The notes: generated by a model from the letters alone, not told the origin. Shown: positions 51,873-63,211, counted from the whole stretch's first letter. The stretch is DNA of 63,211 bases, filler included, from Choristocarpus tenellus KU-1152 (GCA_964200185.2; 12 parts of 12 records of this genome joined end to end with filler, not necessarily neighbours in it), one strand, 5' to 3'. Program-made: numbers and translations.

Positions 51873-52504
51873 GTGAATTACAAGTGTACTTTGGGTTTTT
51901 TGTTTTTGTTTCATGTCAAGATACAAACATATGGTACAGTTTTAATGCATGCCTGTGGTTGGTTGCAAGATGTGCTTCTTTGTCATCTTAGTGGCCCTGG
52001 AGTGCTCTGTAGCTGTCTTGTTTTTACGTTGGACACTGTGTTCTAACCCTATGGTGAATTGTGAGTGTACATTGGGTTTTTATTTTGTTTTGTGTTAAGA
52101 TAAAAATATTACAGTTGTAATACGTGCCTGTGTGTCGGTGTGTTGTGGTAGTTGTTGTGTTCTGAGAGGACCTGGAGCGCTCTGTGGCTGTGTTGTGGTT
52201 CTGTGTTTGTGTAGAGTGTTTGTTGGAGGGGATGGATATAGCCTCTGTTGTGATTACATTTCTGGAAGGCCACTAAAACTTGACTTTTTTTTTTTTTTTT
52301 AGACTTTGTTAGGTGTGATGCAGTGTATGTGTGTGTGTGTTGAAGGGAAGAAGTTTCTGCTGATAGTGTAGTGGTGGTGTGTATATATGACTAGCATTCA
52401 GTGGTGACCCAAGTTGCTTGTTATCAGTCACACTGTTTCTGTCATTGTGGTACAGTTTCTATTCTTCAACATCACCTCTGTTAAATGATTGACTCATTTT
52501 TACA

Positions 52505-52535
<31 letters not shown>

Positions 52536-52719
52536 AGGGAAGAGAATGTGCACTGATTGGATCATTCAAAGTACTGAACCTGGCTTCCCCCCCCCCCCCC
52601 CCCTTCCCCTCCCCCACTCNNNNNNNNNNNNNNNNNNNNNNNNNNNNNNNNNNNNNNNNNNNNTTAATTAATTAANNNNNNNNNNNNNNNNNNNNNNNNN
52701 NNNNNNNNNNNNNNNNNNN

Positions 52720-53026
52720 CGTTCGCTACATCGTTGGCACCGATACCTGCAAAGTGAATATGTGAGGGAAAAGAAGGGGTTGAGAATAAACAGAGTAAGC
52801 CTTCGCTGGGTTCATATGACACCACCTCGATATACCGCGGTATAAGTACACCCAAGTTTGCTTGAGATACCAGGGAGTAGTCTAACGCGTGTATGTATCT
52901 GCCCGTAAGAACAAGGGTTGCTGCATAGCTCTTACCGAAGGCAGCGAAAAAGGCACCAAACGCAGAGACGATTACGATCCAGAGGAAGGCATCTGTTGTC
53001 TCGGTAACGAGTAGTCGCTCATTCAT
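52720..53026 (-). CDS. PiT/PHO4-family phosphate transporter, first two exons
   Basis: Exon 53026-52936 (MNERLLV...LWIVIVSAFGAFFAAF) plus 52746-52720 gives the PiT signature FGIGANDVAN. Confidence 0.92.
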
Positions 53027-53493
53027 GACGTCCTTTGTTGTCCGTCTTCGATGTTATGGTTTCTAGGACATAAGTTGGGGGTGATGTGTTGGATGGGATG
53101 AAGAGGAGTGCATGTATGCACCTTCTCTCGATAAAATAGAACCGATTTGAAGATGAGGAGTTCTTTGTGATTGCAAAATATAGTATATTTTCAGCGATGT
53201 AGTAACTGTGTTTAATACTATATCTTAAAATATTACAATATACTACTTTTTATTATTATTTTAATATATGTATATATATGTAGTAAATATATTTCGGAAA
53301 AAAAATGCTTGAATTGAACAAATGAAATAATTGCGCACTCACATCTCATATAGATTTTTTTAGTTTAGAATAGTATATATATATGTATAGGTATATATTA
53401 TTGGTATACCTTGTTAATATAAACGCTAATGAAAAACTATTCACATATCCGTGAATTCTTCAAATTTCATCCACTCATTCTTTTCGCGTTCAG

Positions 53494-53629
53494 CAAAGGG
53501 AGTTGGAGTTAGAAAGAGTTTGAGGACGTGCAAAGGATGAGATCTCCGTGCAACTCATTACATTGGAGGCAAGACTTCGAGAACTCCGTTACACGGAGGA
53601 TCTTGTAGAAACTCAAGCATGAAGAATAT
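53494..53629 (+). pseudogene. Pseudogenised coiled-coil exon
   Basis: After a TTCAG acceptor: QRELELERV*GRAKDEISVQLITLEARLRELRYTEDLVETQA*RI; both stops are TGA at Arg-compatible positions. Confidence 0.45.
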
Positions 53630-53910
53630 GTACCTTCTCTGTCGGACTCTGTCATCTATAAAATAATATGTTGAGCAACTATTCTGGAGTTACTGTTGGT
53701 GACGCAGGAATATACAAGTTATTTTTTTTATCGTTAGTAACTATCGGCTTCTACTTGAGCAAGCAATATAAGCGTCTATTTTGCAGCCCAAAGCATGTGA
53801 TGCACTTGGGAAGCGTTCAACCTGTCTATCTGCCGCTCTTTCCAAGAACTTCAAACAAGTAACATTTTCGATGCCTAATTGCCGATCTACATACTGGACT
53901 AAGAGGTTAC

Positions 53911-54537
53911 CTGGGTGCGCGGGCTTGGCCCAAAGGTGATGGTTCCTATGTCGAAAATTACGTTTGCTCCGTCGCTGACGATGAACCTCACCCTCTGGAG
54001 GCTTCAGATGGATGTGTGTGTGTGTGTGATATGGTAAACAAATTTGGGGATTTGCACGCTGTTTGACACTGATGATATTCTGGAAAGAAGTCGATGATAT
54101 AACAGGGTGAGACGTGTTTAAGAAACACTACTCTTTAGTCTGAGCGAGAAGTGTACATACCAGGTATCTGCACTCTAAATCCGACGGTCCAGCAAGTCTT
54201 TGCTGTTTCTTCCTGCTATCAAAGAAAGATTAAACTTCGAAGTATTCAACTCTGACGACTTGTCAAGGTCGTTTGCTTAGGTTTTGTCGATGATCCCTTA
54301 ATCGTCAAGGTGCCACCCTCCACGTGAACGTCTGTTACCGTATCAGAGAAAACAAGGTCGCCAGGGGTAATTGTCATATCACCATTCATGGGGAAGGCCA
54401 CGGCGAGGTTTGCAACATCAGCGCATTCAGGTTCGCACACGTTGTCGTAACAAGAAGTGCCTTGGTTGAAGTCGAGGTCGTTACAGCATTCCGTACTGTC
54501 TGAGCACCTGCCCCCCAAGGCAACGTGGGCGGCAGAC
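53911..54537 (-). CDS. Fragment (possibly pseudogene) of an adhesin-like extracellular protein with a Cys-rich module
   Basis: 54537-~54260: GGRCSDSTECCND..CYDNVCEPECADVA...VEGGTLTIKG. 54001-53911: LQRVRFIVSDGANVIFDIGTITFG. No clean start, phase join or continuation found. Confidence 0.5.
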
Positions 54538-56185
54538 CTACCAATACAGTGGCCGTGTCAGAACCAATCTCCTTCATGAGCACTGAGCAAGGAAGAAAAG
54601 GATGCAATGCGTATCTTCTTCTTCCTGTGTAACATATGTATACGATAACATCATTAAGATGCTGACGCGTGTTCGAGTTAATGACAATCGCCCAATCGCA
54701 CCTTGACACCATGCGTGAGCCTGTGTGCTCCATTCGCAATTTATTCGATGTTAGTGTAATGTGTAAGAGTGCGAGTTTTGTTGTGTTTGTTGGTGGGCGT
54801 TGAAGAAGTGAATGCTTGTGCATCACACGAAGGCGATGGCGTATTATCTATTTGTTGGTGGAAAAGTGAAGCATATTAAGTAGAGGGGACGATTGTTAAC
54901 TCTATTTTGTTATGGTAGGAGGTACGACACAGTGCAATTGTTCAGGGTACAATCACAAGAAAAATTTTGGAAGCATCAAAGAGACTTGATTGTTCCTTAT
55001 TGTTTCCGTTTCTGGTCCCCCTCCCTAGCTCCACGTTTTTGACGCATACCTTCAAACTGCTTGACCAAGCGGACATATTTCATTGTTTAGGGAGAGATGA
55101 CAAGACATGATAAGGGATATCCTACACCGACTATTCTTGGAGGAGACACCCTTTGACGTTATTGTATAGGTTATCATTCCCTTCAACTTGGTTTCTGCCA
55201 TAATTTGTCACCGTGTTCAAAAATATTCCTCCTTTTGACCTGAAGCATTCTATTTTAGGGGACATTGGCTAGATGTGTATAGTTCCTTCTACAACAGTTG
55301 TATTTAAGAAAACGATTAAGCCGTGAGTTCGTCTATCCTTAACTACGCACTTTCACTCGGCGAAAAATCCCATCGCTAATTGATTCCACCACCTATTTAT
55401 TGTATGTATTCTTCACATATGACAAACAACATTTCAGGGTGGATGGGTGGATGCATCATGCGATCATGGACGAATATTTACTTGACACCTTATATACATC
55501 TTTTGGTCAATGGTATTATGGAGAAAGAAGCAACAACAATTAATATACAACACCAGAAAGACAACTTGAAAAGGCGAAGAAAAAAAACATTTGCAAAAGT
55601 AGGTTTACAGAAACACGATGCTACTGGATTTAGAAGAAATGTATGCTAAAACAAAATGAACACACATAAATTGAACATATATAATAGGGGGGGGATACTG
55701 GAGGAGATTAATTTCAGGTAATTTCACAGAGGACTAAAGTAGTACTGACATGTCAAAGAGTACAGTTGTACCAGAAAAATACCCTTCCATAAAAAAACAT
55801 CTTGGCTCAAGTAGATACGCTTTATCCATTTCCCATAGGCGCTCTTCCCAAGAAAGTGTGACAGGAATGAGGAGGAGGGAGGAGAGCAGATACTGCTTAG
55901 ATGGAGTACCTCAAGATAGAGATTGAGAAGAGCTGGATAATATGGAGGTTGTGCAGATGTTAAAAGTAGCAAGCAAGAGGGTACTTGGGATGACAAGGGG
56001 GGGGGGAACCTGTTGCACAAGGATCAATGGGACAAGAGCTGCATTGTTGGAAGAGGGCCCGAGCTACAGGGACAGTGGTGGGTAGTATCCTACTGTATTT
56101 TCGTACAATGAAGGAGGGATTTTTTAATGATAGGTCCCCCCTTTTTTCATGTTTTTGATTCATTTTCTGTTTGTTTTTTGTTTTG

Positions 56186-56422
56186 GAGCTGAAGTGAACA
56201 AGAGGTACCCAGCTTTGGCCGTTTTACATTTTAAGTCTCTTTTTCAATATTTTGCAATCCACCCACCATATTTCTATAGATGAAGATCTAAGTTTGACCT
56301 GAGAGCGTTTGTTTCTCTACTGTTCGGAAATTTTCGACAATATCCAGTAAAATATCCTGTGCACATTTGCACTGCTTGTCAGCATCCTTAAAATGCAATT
56401 CTGCTCTCGTTTACTTTGACTC
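56186..56422. mobile_element. Divergent family-C-like MITE
   Basis: GAGCTGAAGTGAACAAGAG...CATCCTTAAAATGCAA..CTCTCGTTTACTTTGACTC; flanks TTG/GTG. Confidence 0.55.
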
Positions 56423-57418
56423 GTGGGGTTGGTTGTTTTTATGATGTACAATCTCTATTGTTTCTGTTATGATTCAAGGTCAGTTCCTTGACAGTGCTGC
56501 ATCTCTGCATGATGGTGGTGTGAACTTCCCTCTTTTGTTGGCATTTGTTTTTTTATCTATGTTTAAAACTTTGTTTATGTGACGTTCTGTTGACATATTT
56601 GTTTATTCAAGGAGATTGTTTCCAAAAAACACCCTCAGCTACTGTGAATACTTTATGTTGTGGGGAACAACTCCTCCAGATAATACGTTGAGAATATTCT
56701 CTGTTGTTGGAGTTTCTTCGCTTGAACGTTAAGTCAAATGCAGATATAGTACTGAGAGGTTACAAGTGTCATCCTAGCATATCTATCACCGAGGGCGAGG
56801 TTGGAGGGGTGGAGTTTTACCCCTGGATTCTTCCTCCTGGATCAATGTTGCCTATGGATATGTTAGGACTGGGCAATAACACCACTTTTTATCTACTACC
56901 CTACGTAGTACATTCATTTCATGATAAGGAGAGGTGTTTTTTTTTAATTATCCAATTCTCTGTGGAGAGTGTTGAAGCAAGTTATATGTGTTCACGGTGG
57001 AGGCATATTACAGTCAACGATTCTACATAGTGGTTTCATCGGCGCCACTGTGAGTGTGAAGTGTAGAGACTTGGGTGCATTAGATTTTTTGGTTACATAA
57101 TCTTATATTTTATTCGGCCCAGGCAACCCCACACCATCTCGTTTCTTCGTTTCAAAGATCATATTCTAAAGAATAAAAAAGTAAGTCATCCAGACATTGT
57201 AACTATCCATCGAGGGCGTGGTGTACTGCCTGTGTTCTTGGGCATCATCAAGGCCACATCATCCCATAAGGTGACTTTTTGCTCTGTACCGTGTAATTGT
57301 AACAAATACCGATACCCATCCCAATGAAGCAGTACTACTGTGGTACTGTGGTGGATACATCTTCTGGTACTCACCAGGTGTACGTCTACTCGACAATCCC
57401 GAGCATAGACCTGCACAT

Positions 57419-57681
57419 GAGCCAAACCAACTTAGGGATAGAGACAGGTTTGGACTCTATTGCATTCTAATCCACCTTTCTTACCCTGTGCAATGCAGTC
57501 TATCCTATCGCAATATATACACAATAGTGTACACAAAAGTTTATATTCTCCCTTTCCGCACACAAAGTGACACCACAATTAAGCTAAGGCTCTTTCTGCA
57601 ATTGTACTAAATGACATTTTTTTTTCATTTTTTTGGCATCCTTAAAATGCAACCCTGCCTACCTCTCGGTTGGTCTAGCTC
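57419..57681. mobile_element. MITE family C, complete
   Basis: TIRs GAGCCAAACCAACTTAGGGATAG and CTACCTCTCGGTTGGTCTAGCTC; flanks ACAT/ACAT. Confidence 0.87.
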
Positions 57682-59023
57682 ACATGCACCTTTGTATACA
57701 ATGTAGTCTGAGAAAGTGTCCATACAAGGCTGATGTTTGTTTGCCAATTATAAATTGTATCCCTGGTGTCAAGGAGTTAATTGAATCCAAGAACTGCCCT
57801 AGCCATCAACTTAAGCAATGGTGTTGATAATATGCAGGTTTCAATATGACAGTGAGTCAGATAAGAAAGAAAATATGGAAAGAGCAGGATAATGCTTGGA
57901 TCATTGAGGGAACCATATACCGAACACACAACGAGAGTATGTGCTTTTGCAGTGTGTTCACCATTTTCCCTTTTCCCTCATCAGTATTTCTGTGGCGACA
58001 TCTGCCTGAAGAGTGGAATAAAATTTGTCTCTCTCTTGTCGATAAGAACCTTGGTGACCTTCTTTTCCATATCGAGATACTTGCAGTATAGATGATCCCC
58101 TGTTTATGGCTTGGGGGTTGGGGGCAACCAAACCAGGACAATTGGTAGGACTTCAGTGGGAAAGCTTGAAGAGGGGATGATGGCTGATATGGATTGATTG
58201 CCCTGTACTGAATACCCACAAACGCAAACGTCCCGTCCACCTTCCTCTATTAATACTTGCCAACATAGTCGAGACAACAATAGGTTGCCTGAACCCGGAA
58301 TGTCCGTGACTCCTCGTTTTTCCCCTTCTTCCCAATGCTCTCCTCGTCCAGCTCTTATGTGAGATTTCAAGCTTCCGCAGGAGATTTAGAGCATACACGC
58401 ATACCATGACCTTCGTATCCATATAGATTGAATTCCACATGAGCTACACTCTATTTTCGCACTTCCTGCCTGCCCTTTTCTCAACTTCCTTGGTATACCT
58501 CACCAGTGGGCAATTATGACGGGATTTGATCGCCCCTTGAGTCCTTGCCCTCACAGATCCTTGCCGAGCTCCTACAAGGAGAACTTGTTGTGAGACACGA
58601 GTGAGATGCATAAAAACAGAACCAGTATTGGTTCCCACCTGTACCCTTGCACGTCATGGTGTTGTGTTATGTTGTCCTTGTTCCTTTCTCTCCTTCCTCT
58701 CTTACCTGCCATGTGCCACCTGCCAACATGAACCAGATAAAGGTATACATGTTCTGACCCAAAGTATCTGGGGNNNNNNNNNNNNNNNNNNNNNNNNNNN
58801 NNNNNNNNNNNNNNNNNTTAATTAATTAANNNNNNNNNNNNNNNNNNNNNNNNNNNNNNNNNNNNNNNNNNNNTGGTGTGCTGGTGGGGGTTGTTGGGGG
58901 GGTGGGGGGGGGTGGTTGTTGGGGTTGACATTGGTTTGCGGCATTTTCTTGGGGATCTTGAGTATTTGATAATGTTGATACTGTTGATAATGTGCATTTT
59001 TGTGTCATTGTCTAACGTACTGA

Positions 59024-59061
<38 letters not shown>

Positions 59062-59530
59062 TCTTTGGTGCATATTTTGTTGGCTAATATAGGGAGATGA
59101 ATACATTATCAAGAATGTGGTAAACACCTTCTGGAGGTGTTGAAAACTTGTATTGGGGGCAGACATGAACATATTCTTCCACACTACTGCACATCTGGTT
59201 GGTATACTTAGGGTTAGGGTTAAGATACCTCTGACTCCTATATTCTGAGTGTGCAGCGTGTACCTTTGGGGGAGGAGGGAGGGCTGTGTGCATATGTGTC
59301 TGTAGAGGTATTACAAACTAATACTAGCACAGTGAATGGTGCACTCTTATCTGTCAAGTGACTACAAGGTCAGGTGAAAGGTCCTATATCATTGTATCGT
59401 ATCATATCATATCGTATCATATCATATCATATTGTACAATATCTAGTATTTTTCAGTATATTACAGAATAATATTGCTGAATGCACGCATGCTTGTTATG
59501 AAATACAGTAAATTTTGTTCATTTTTTTAG

Positions 59531-62255
59531 GAGGGAAGTGAACAGAAAGGTGAGATAGCTTACGAAACATTTCTTCAAGACATTTCCTAAAGACTTTTCA
59601 CCTATGGTCTGTCAATATACCCATTACACCACGAGGGGCGTGTTTAGTGAGAGCTATGTATGTACTATTCACAGTTAACTGGCTATATTTGTGTATGTAC
59701 TAGAGGTAAAGTTATTCTAATGTTAAATTGCTACTGTTGTTGGGTGACAACTCTACAATTACTACAATTGTTATCACAGCAGTCCTCATCCATCATCACA
59801 AACCTGTTAACTGTCCTGCTGTGGCTGCTGACTGGAAATGCCACTCTTGATTGTTGTTTATTTTTTTATTGTTCATTGTCTACTTCACTGTGGTACAGGA
59901 AAGTATGTGAAGGAATTGGAGTCTTCTTCAGGTGGAGTGGACTTGCTGCAGCTCAACACCCCAGGCATTGTCTACGACGAGGGGGGAGAGGGGGGAGGGG
60001 ACCCCTCACAGGTGGCACAGGTGTGTCATAGTGTGTCAGAGTGTGTCAGAGCATTACATGGCAAGGTATAATTGGAGCAGATACCTTATATTATATTATA
60101 TTATATTATTTATATGAGGGGAGGGGAGGGGAGATTGGTTCTATCTCAAGTTTGTCTTGAACCATAGAGGTCCTTTCCTTTCAAACAAGTGTTCTGTATT
60201 TCTGAAATTCTGAACATGCTCCACCGCCAACGCCTGCCGATGTATAGGAAAGGGCCTTTGAGTCTGAACAAGTGCAGGAGCAGGAGCAGGAACAGGAGCA
60301 GGTAAGGGCACATCATATTTTCGACGTCTGTTGACATGTTGGTAAGGGACTTGACTCTTTTTTCTTCTTTTCTTCTTTTCTTCTTCTCGCGTTGGTTGTT
60401 CCTCCTCAAAGACTTAATGTGCAGTGTTTATTGTGTCTGCAGGTGTGGTTTGGTGTCTTTGGCAAAGTGTTCACTTCACTGGATCTTTTGGATGTTAGCT
60501 CACGGCGGCAGTGGTTCTTCCTTTTTTTATCGTTGTTTTTCTGTTCTGATTCTGATTTATATTTGCAAAAAAAAAAATGTATGCAGCAATTTTTTTTGTT
60601 ATGTTGCATTACGGTGGTTTTACAATAAATAAAAAAAACAGAAATGGTTAAAATAATCTTAAATTTAAATTAAAATAGTAACATTATGATTGTTTATTGT
60701 GTACAGGCAGTAGGGGGATTAGGGCTATAGGGTGAGGGTGAGGGTTAGGGTTAGTCCATAATGCAAATTGGAAGGTTATTCGTGGACATTAGAATAAAAA
60801 AAATACAAACACTTCCGGGGTGCTTGATTTTATTGTTTATGTAAGAGTGTGGGCAGCTCACCAACCAAAAAGGGAGTTCAACCACAGGGAGGCTTTGGGG
60901 GCAGTCTATTTAATTATGTGGTAAATATATAAAAATATGATGGGGCGGTGGAAGGCCAAAAAAAATGAAAAAAAAATATTTCCCTTTCTTTTCGACGGTT
61001 GAGAATTTTTTTGGGATTGAATAGATAACCATGATCCCCAACACCAAGAGGCATTACTAGGGACTTTTTTTCTTTTTTGAGGGTTCTGAGTGAAAGACTG
61101 GCGTAGGTGTTATACTCTGGGGCTCATTTATTTCTGCTGCCCTGCTGTGGGGGGCGGGGGCGGGGGCGATGTTTGGGGTTTGTACAGGAGCAGGAACAGG
61201 AGCAAGAGCAGGAGAAGGAGGAGGTGGTGATGGATGAGGAGCCTGATGAGTATGTGAGGATGAAGTACTCAAGGGATGATGAAACCCCCAAACCATGGCC
61301 AATCAAGGTGAGCAAACTCACGACTGATTGATTGCAGATGTAAGTTACTTCTGCCATGGAGTAGTAATTTATTTATTATGTTTTTGTTGGGGCTTTTTAG
61401 AGGGGGGAGGGGGGGTAAACTTTGTTAATCAGCACTTGATACTATTTTATTTTTTAGAATATATCAATATCAATGTTGCACCATGTGTAATTTGAAACAG
61501 GTTTTCTGGTGACATTGTCTTTGAGGGGAGGGGAGAGGGGGGAGAGAGGGCAGGGGTTTTTTATGTTGTGTGGTGAGATGAGGAAAGCATTTGAGTGATG
61601 AAAGGCAGACCCCTCAACAACTCACAGTCCCCCTTTGTTTGTTTTTGTATATATTTGAATATGAATTTTGAATTGTGAGCGATGGACAATCAGCATTAAG
61701 AGAATGATCAGCAATAAGAGAATGATCAGCATTAAGAGAACGATCAGCAATAAGAGAATGAGTGTGGTGCTACACTAATTCAGTCGGAGATGCTTTGCCC
61801 AGCACTGCTTGGAGTAGTTTTGATTGGTTGCATCAATTTGAAGATTCTCTGCATGAGAAGAACAACAATTCAGTTCGAAGGTTCCTTAGCCCTAAAACCC
61901 TAACACACATGATGTTTGACATGGTGATGATAGCCCTAACCCTAACACATGTGATGTTCGACATGGTGATGATAGCCCTAACCCTAACACACGTGATGTT
62001 CGACATGGTGATGATAGCCCTAACCCTAGAGGGCAATAAGTCCACATCCATCATCAAGTTGTTCCTATCGTCACACCCTGAACTGCCCGTGATCTCGGTC
62101 CTGGTCCTGGTCCTGGTCCTGGTCCTGGTTCCGCTTGTACTGGCCTGTTGACTTTCTCCTCCGTTTTTTTGCAGGAACTGTCAGTGGCAGACCCAAGCAA
62201 GTTAGGATTTTATCCTGCAAGTCGGTTTGGTGTTCTGACCAAGCTCATCCAACAT
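59531..62255 (+). CDS. Internal exons of a large QE-repeat protein, probably the DUF3638-type giant protein family
   Basis: Exons 59531-59549, 59899-60020, 60248-60301, 61188-61307 and 62175-62255 join in phase: ...ERAFESEQV(QE)n KEEVVMDEEPDEYVRMKYSRDDETPKPWPIKELSVADPSKLGFYPASRFGV. The EQEQE..YSR..E...W...L...FYP.S.F pattern is recalled from that family, not searched. Confidence 0.72.
61688..61761. repeat. 18-bp minisatellite x4 (ATCAGCAWTAAGAGAAYG)
   Basis: Direct inspection. Confidence 0.9.
61888..62029. repeat. 42-bp minisatellite x3+ containing telomere-type CCCTAACCCTAA
   Basis: Unit CCCTAACCCTAACACAYRTGATGTTYGACATGGTGATGATAG. Confidence 0.92.
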
Positions 62256-63106
62256 GTGAGCATTTTTTTCTTTAATCCTGCAGTGGGGGGGGGGAAATGC
62301 TACTTTTTGAGAGGGTATAGTTACCTTCTTAGTGTATTTTTTTATTCCCTCTAATGCCCTCGGTCTGCTCTTAGTCCTAGTCATTTGTCCTAGGCATTAG
62401 TCCTCTTGTTTCCCAGTGTGATGACAGGTCTGCCTTGTAGTGGAGGGGGGATGAGGGGGAAGGTTACTGTTTGGGAAGGTTGCTAGGGTTATAAAAAACC
62501 TTGTACTTTTATTTTTTTAATGTTGTGTTACTATATTGCTGTTTCTATTGATAATACTAATCATGTGGGAATGTAGGGGCTTTGGGGTTTGGGGTTAACC
62601 CGAGACTTGCATGTTTTAATCATGTAGTAGTATGTAGTAGTAGTTATCTTTTTTTATCTAAAGTTTAAATTCACCCATCAGTGAGTTGTCATCCTTACCA
62701 CCTAGTACGATGTTAGCCTTGACTTTCAAAAATGAAAAATGAACAGTGTCACCCCCCTTCATCAGCAATAGATCAGTACAGGTAAGACAATCGACTCTAC
62801 TCTTGTGTGTGTTACTGTATGTATACACTTCCACCCTTCCTCAGCAGCAAGCATCATACCTCTCGAGGTTCTTTCATACATGTGTGGTGGTATTGAGGAG
62901 GAAGTGTTTACCCAGTACCCAACCTAAGATACATTATGAACAAGACGTCCATCTATCCCTTTTTATCCTTTTCAATAAGAAAATAATCAACGATCTCTCT
63001 CTCCCTCTCTCCTACCTCACATCTCTCTGCCTGCTCACAACCCAGATCCCGTCCCAGTCCCTATCCTACTCTGTACTATTGTACCATAGTGCTATTGTAC
63101 TGTAAC

Positions 63107-63147
<41 letters not shown>

Positions 63148-63211
63148 CCCTCTTTCCCCCACCACCAACCACTCTTCCTTGCCCCCCCTTTCCCTCAAAC
63201 AATCAAAATCA

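Noticed and set aside
35018-53026. Functional cluster of MRE11, glycosyltransferase, SNARE, phosphatase and phosphate transporter
   Set aside because: These genes lie on different contigs joined artificially, so there is no evidence of linkage.
5289-54570. TGA reassignment or selenocysteine readthrough
   Set aside because: In-frame TGAs occur only in decayed sequences, intact genes terminate with TGA, and I recognised no SECIS element.
57240-58580. Possible minus-strand exons (e.g. VYARDCRVDVHL at ~57410-57375)
   Set aside because: Individual splice sites look plausible, but I could not build a unique phase-consistent model or find a motif.
6426-58873. Regularly recurring TTAATTAATTAA palindrome as a biological repeat or CRISPR-like array
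   Set aside because: Always centred in exactly 44+44 N; it is a synthetic six-frame-stop linker. ORFs ending in XXXLIN are artefacts.
60443-60493. Candidate exon VWFGVFGKVFTSLDLLD
   Set aside because: It would interrupt the continuous QE tract between the flanking exons; treated as intronic unless RNA-seq shows otherwise.
1-63211. tRNA, rRNA or snRNA genes
   Set aside because: No convincing cloverleaf, A/B-box pair or conserved rRNA/snRNA segment was seen by eye; tRNAscan-SE/Infernal would be decisive.

Overview
Eukaryotic, intron-rich nuclear DNA (GT-AG introns, TTAGGG-type repeats, MRE11, SYP7-type SNARE, PiT transporter, calcineurin-like phosphatase). Gene families and repeat style suggest a stramenopile, probably a brown alga; this is inference only. 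The window is not one locus. It is 12 short contigs joined by an artificial 100-nt linker (44 N + TTAATTAATTAA + 44 N), so gene neighbourhoods across linkers are meaningless and most ORFs in the track are spurious. Manual splicing gives pieces of about 17 genes: an Mss116/RH31-like DEAD-box helicase, an unknown secreted protein, a complete 7-exon unknown gene, a nucleoredoxin, MRE11, a GT1 glycosyltransferase C-terminus, a SYP7 Qc-SNARE, a calcineurin-A-like phosphatase, a PiT/PHO4 transporter, a QE-repeat giant protein and several unknowns. Repeats include a decayed DIRS-order (tyrosine-recombinase) retrotransposon, Copia, CRE-like and L1/Tx1-like LINE remnants, a hAT remnant, several satellites, and three MITE families with related termini and 3(-4)-bp target-site duplications. 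I found no prokaryote-style novel system (no CRISPR array, operon, rRNA or tRNA). The best leads are the MITE group, a CpG-depletion/CpG-island pattern implying DNA methylation, A-rich splice acceptors, the divergent calcineurin and the unknown genes.
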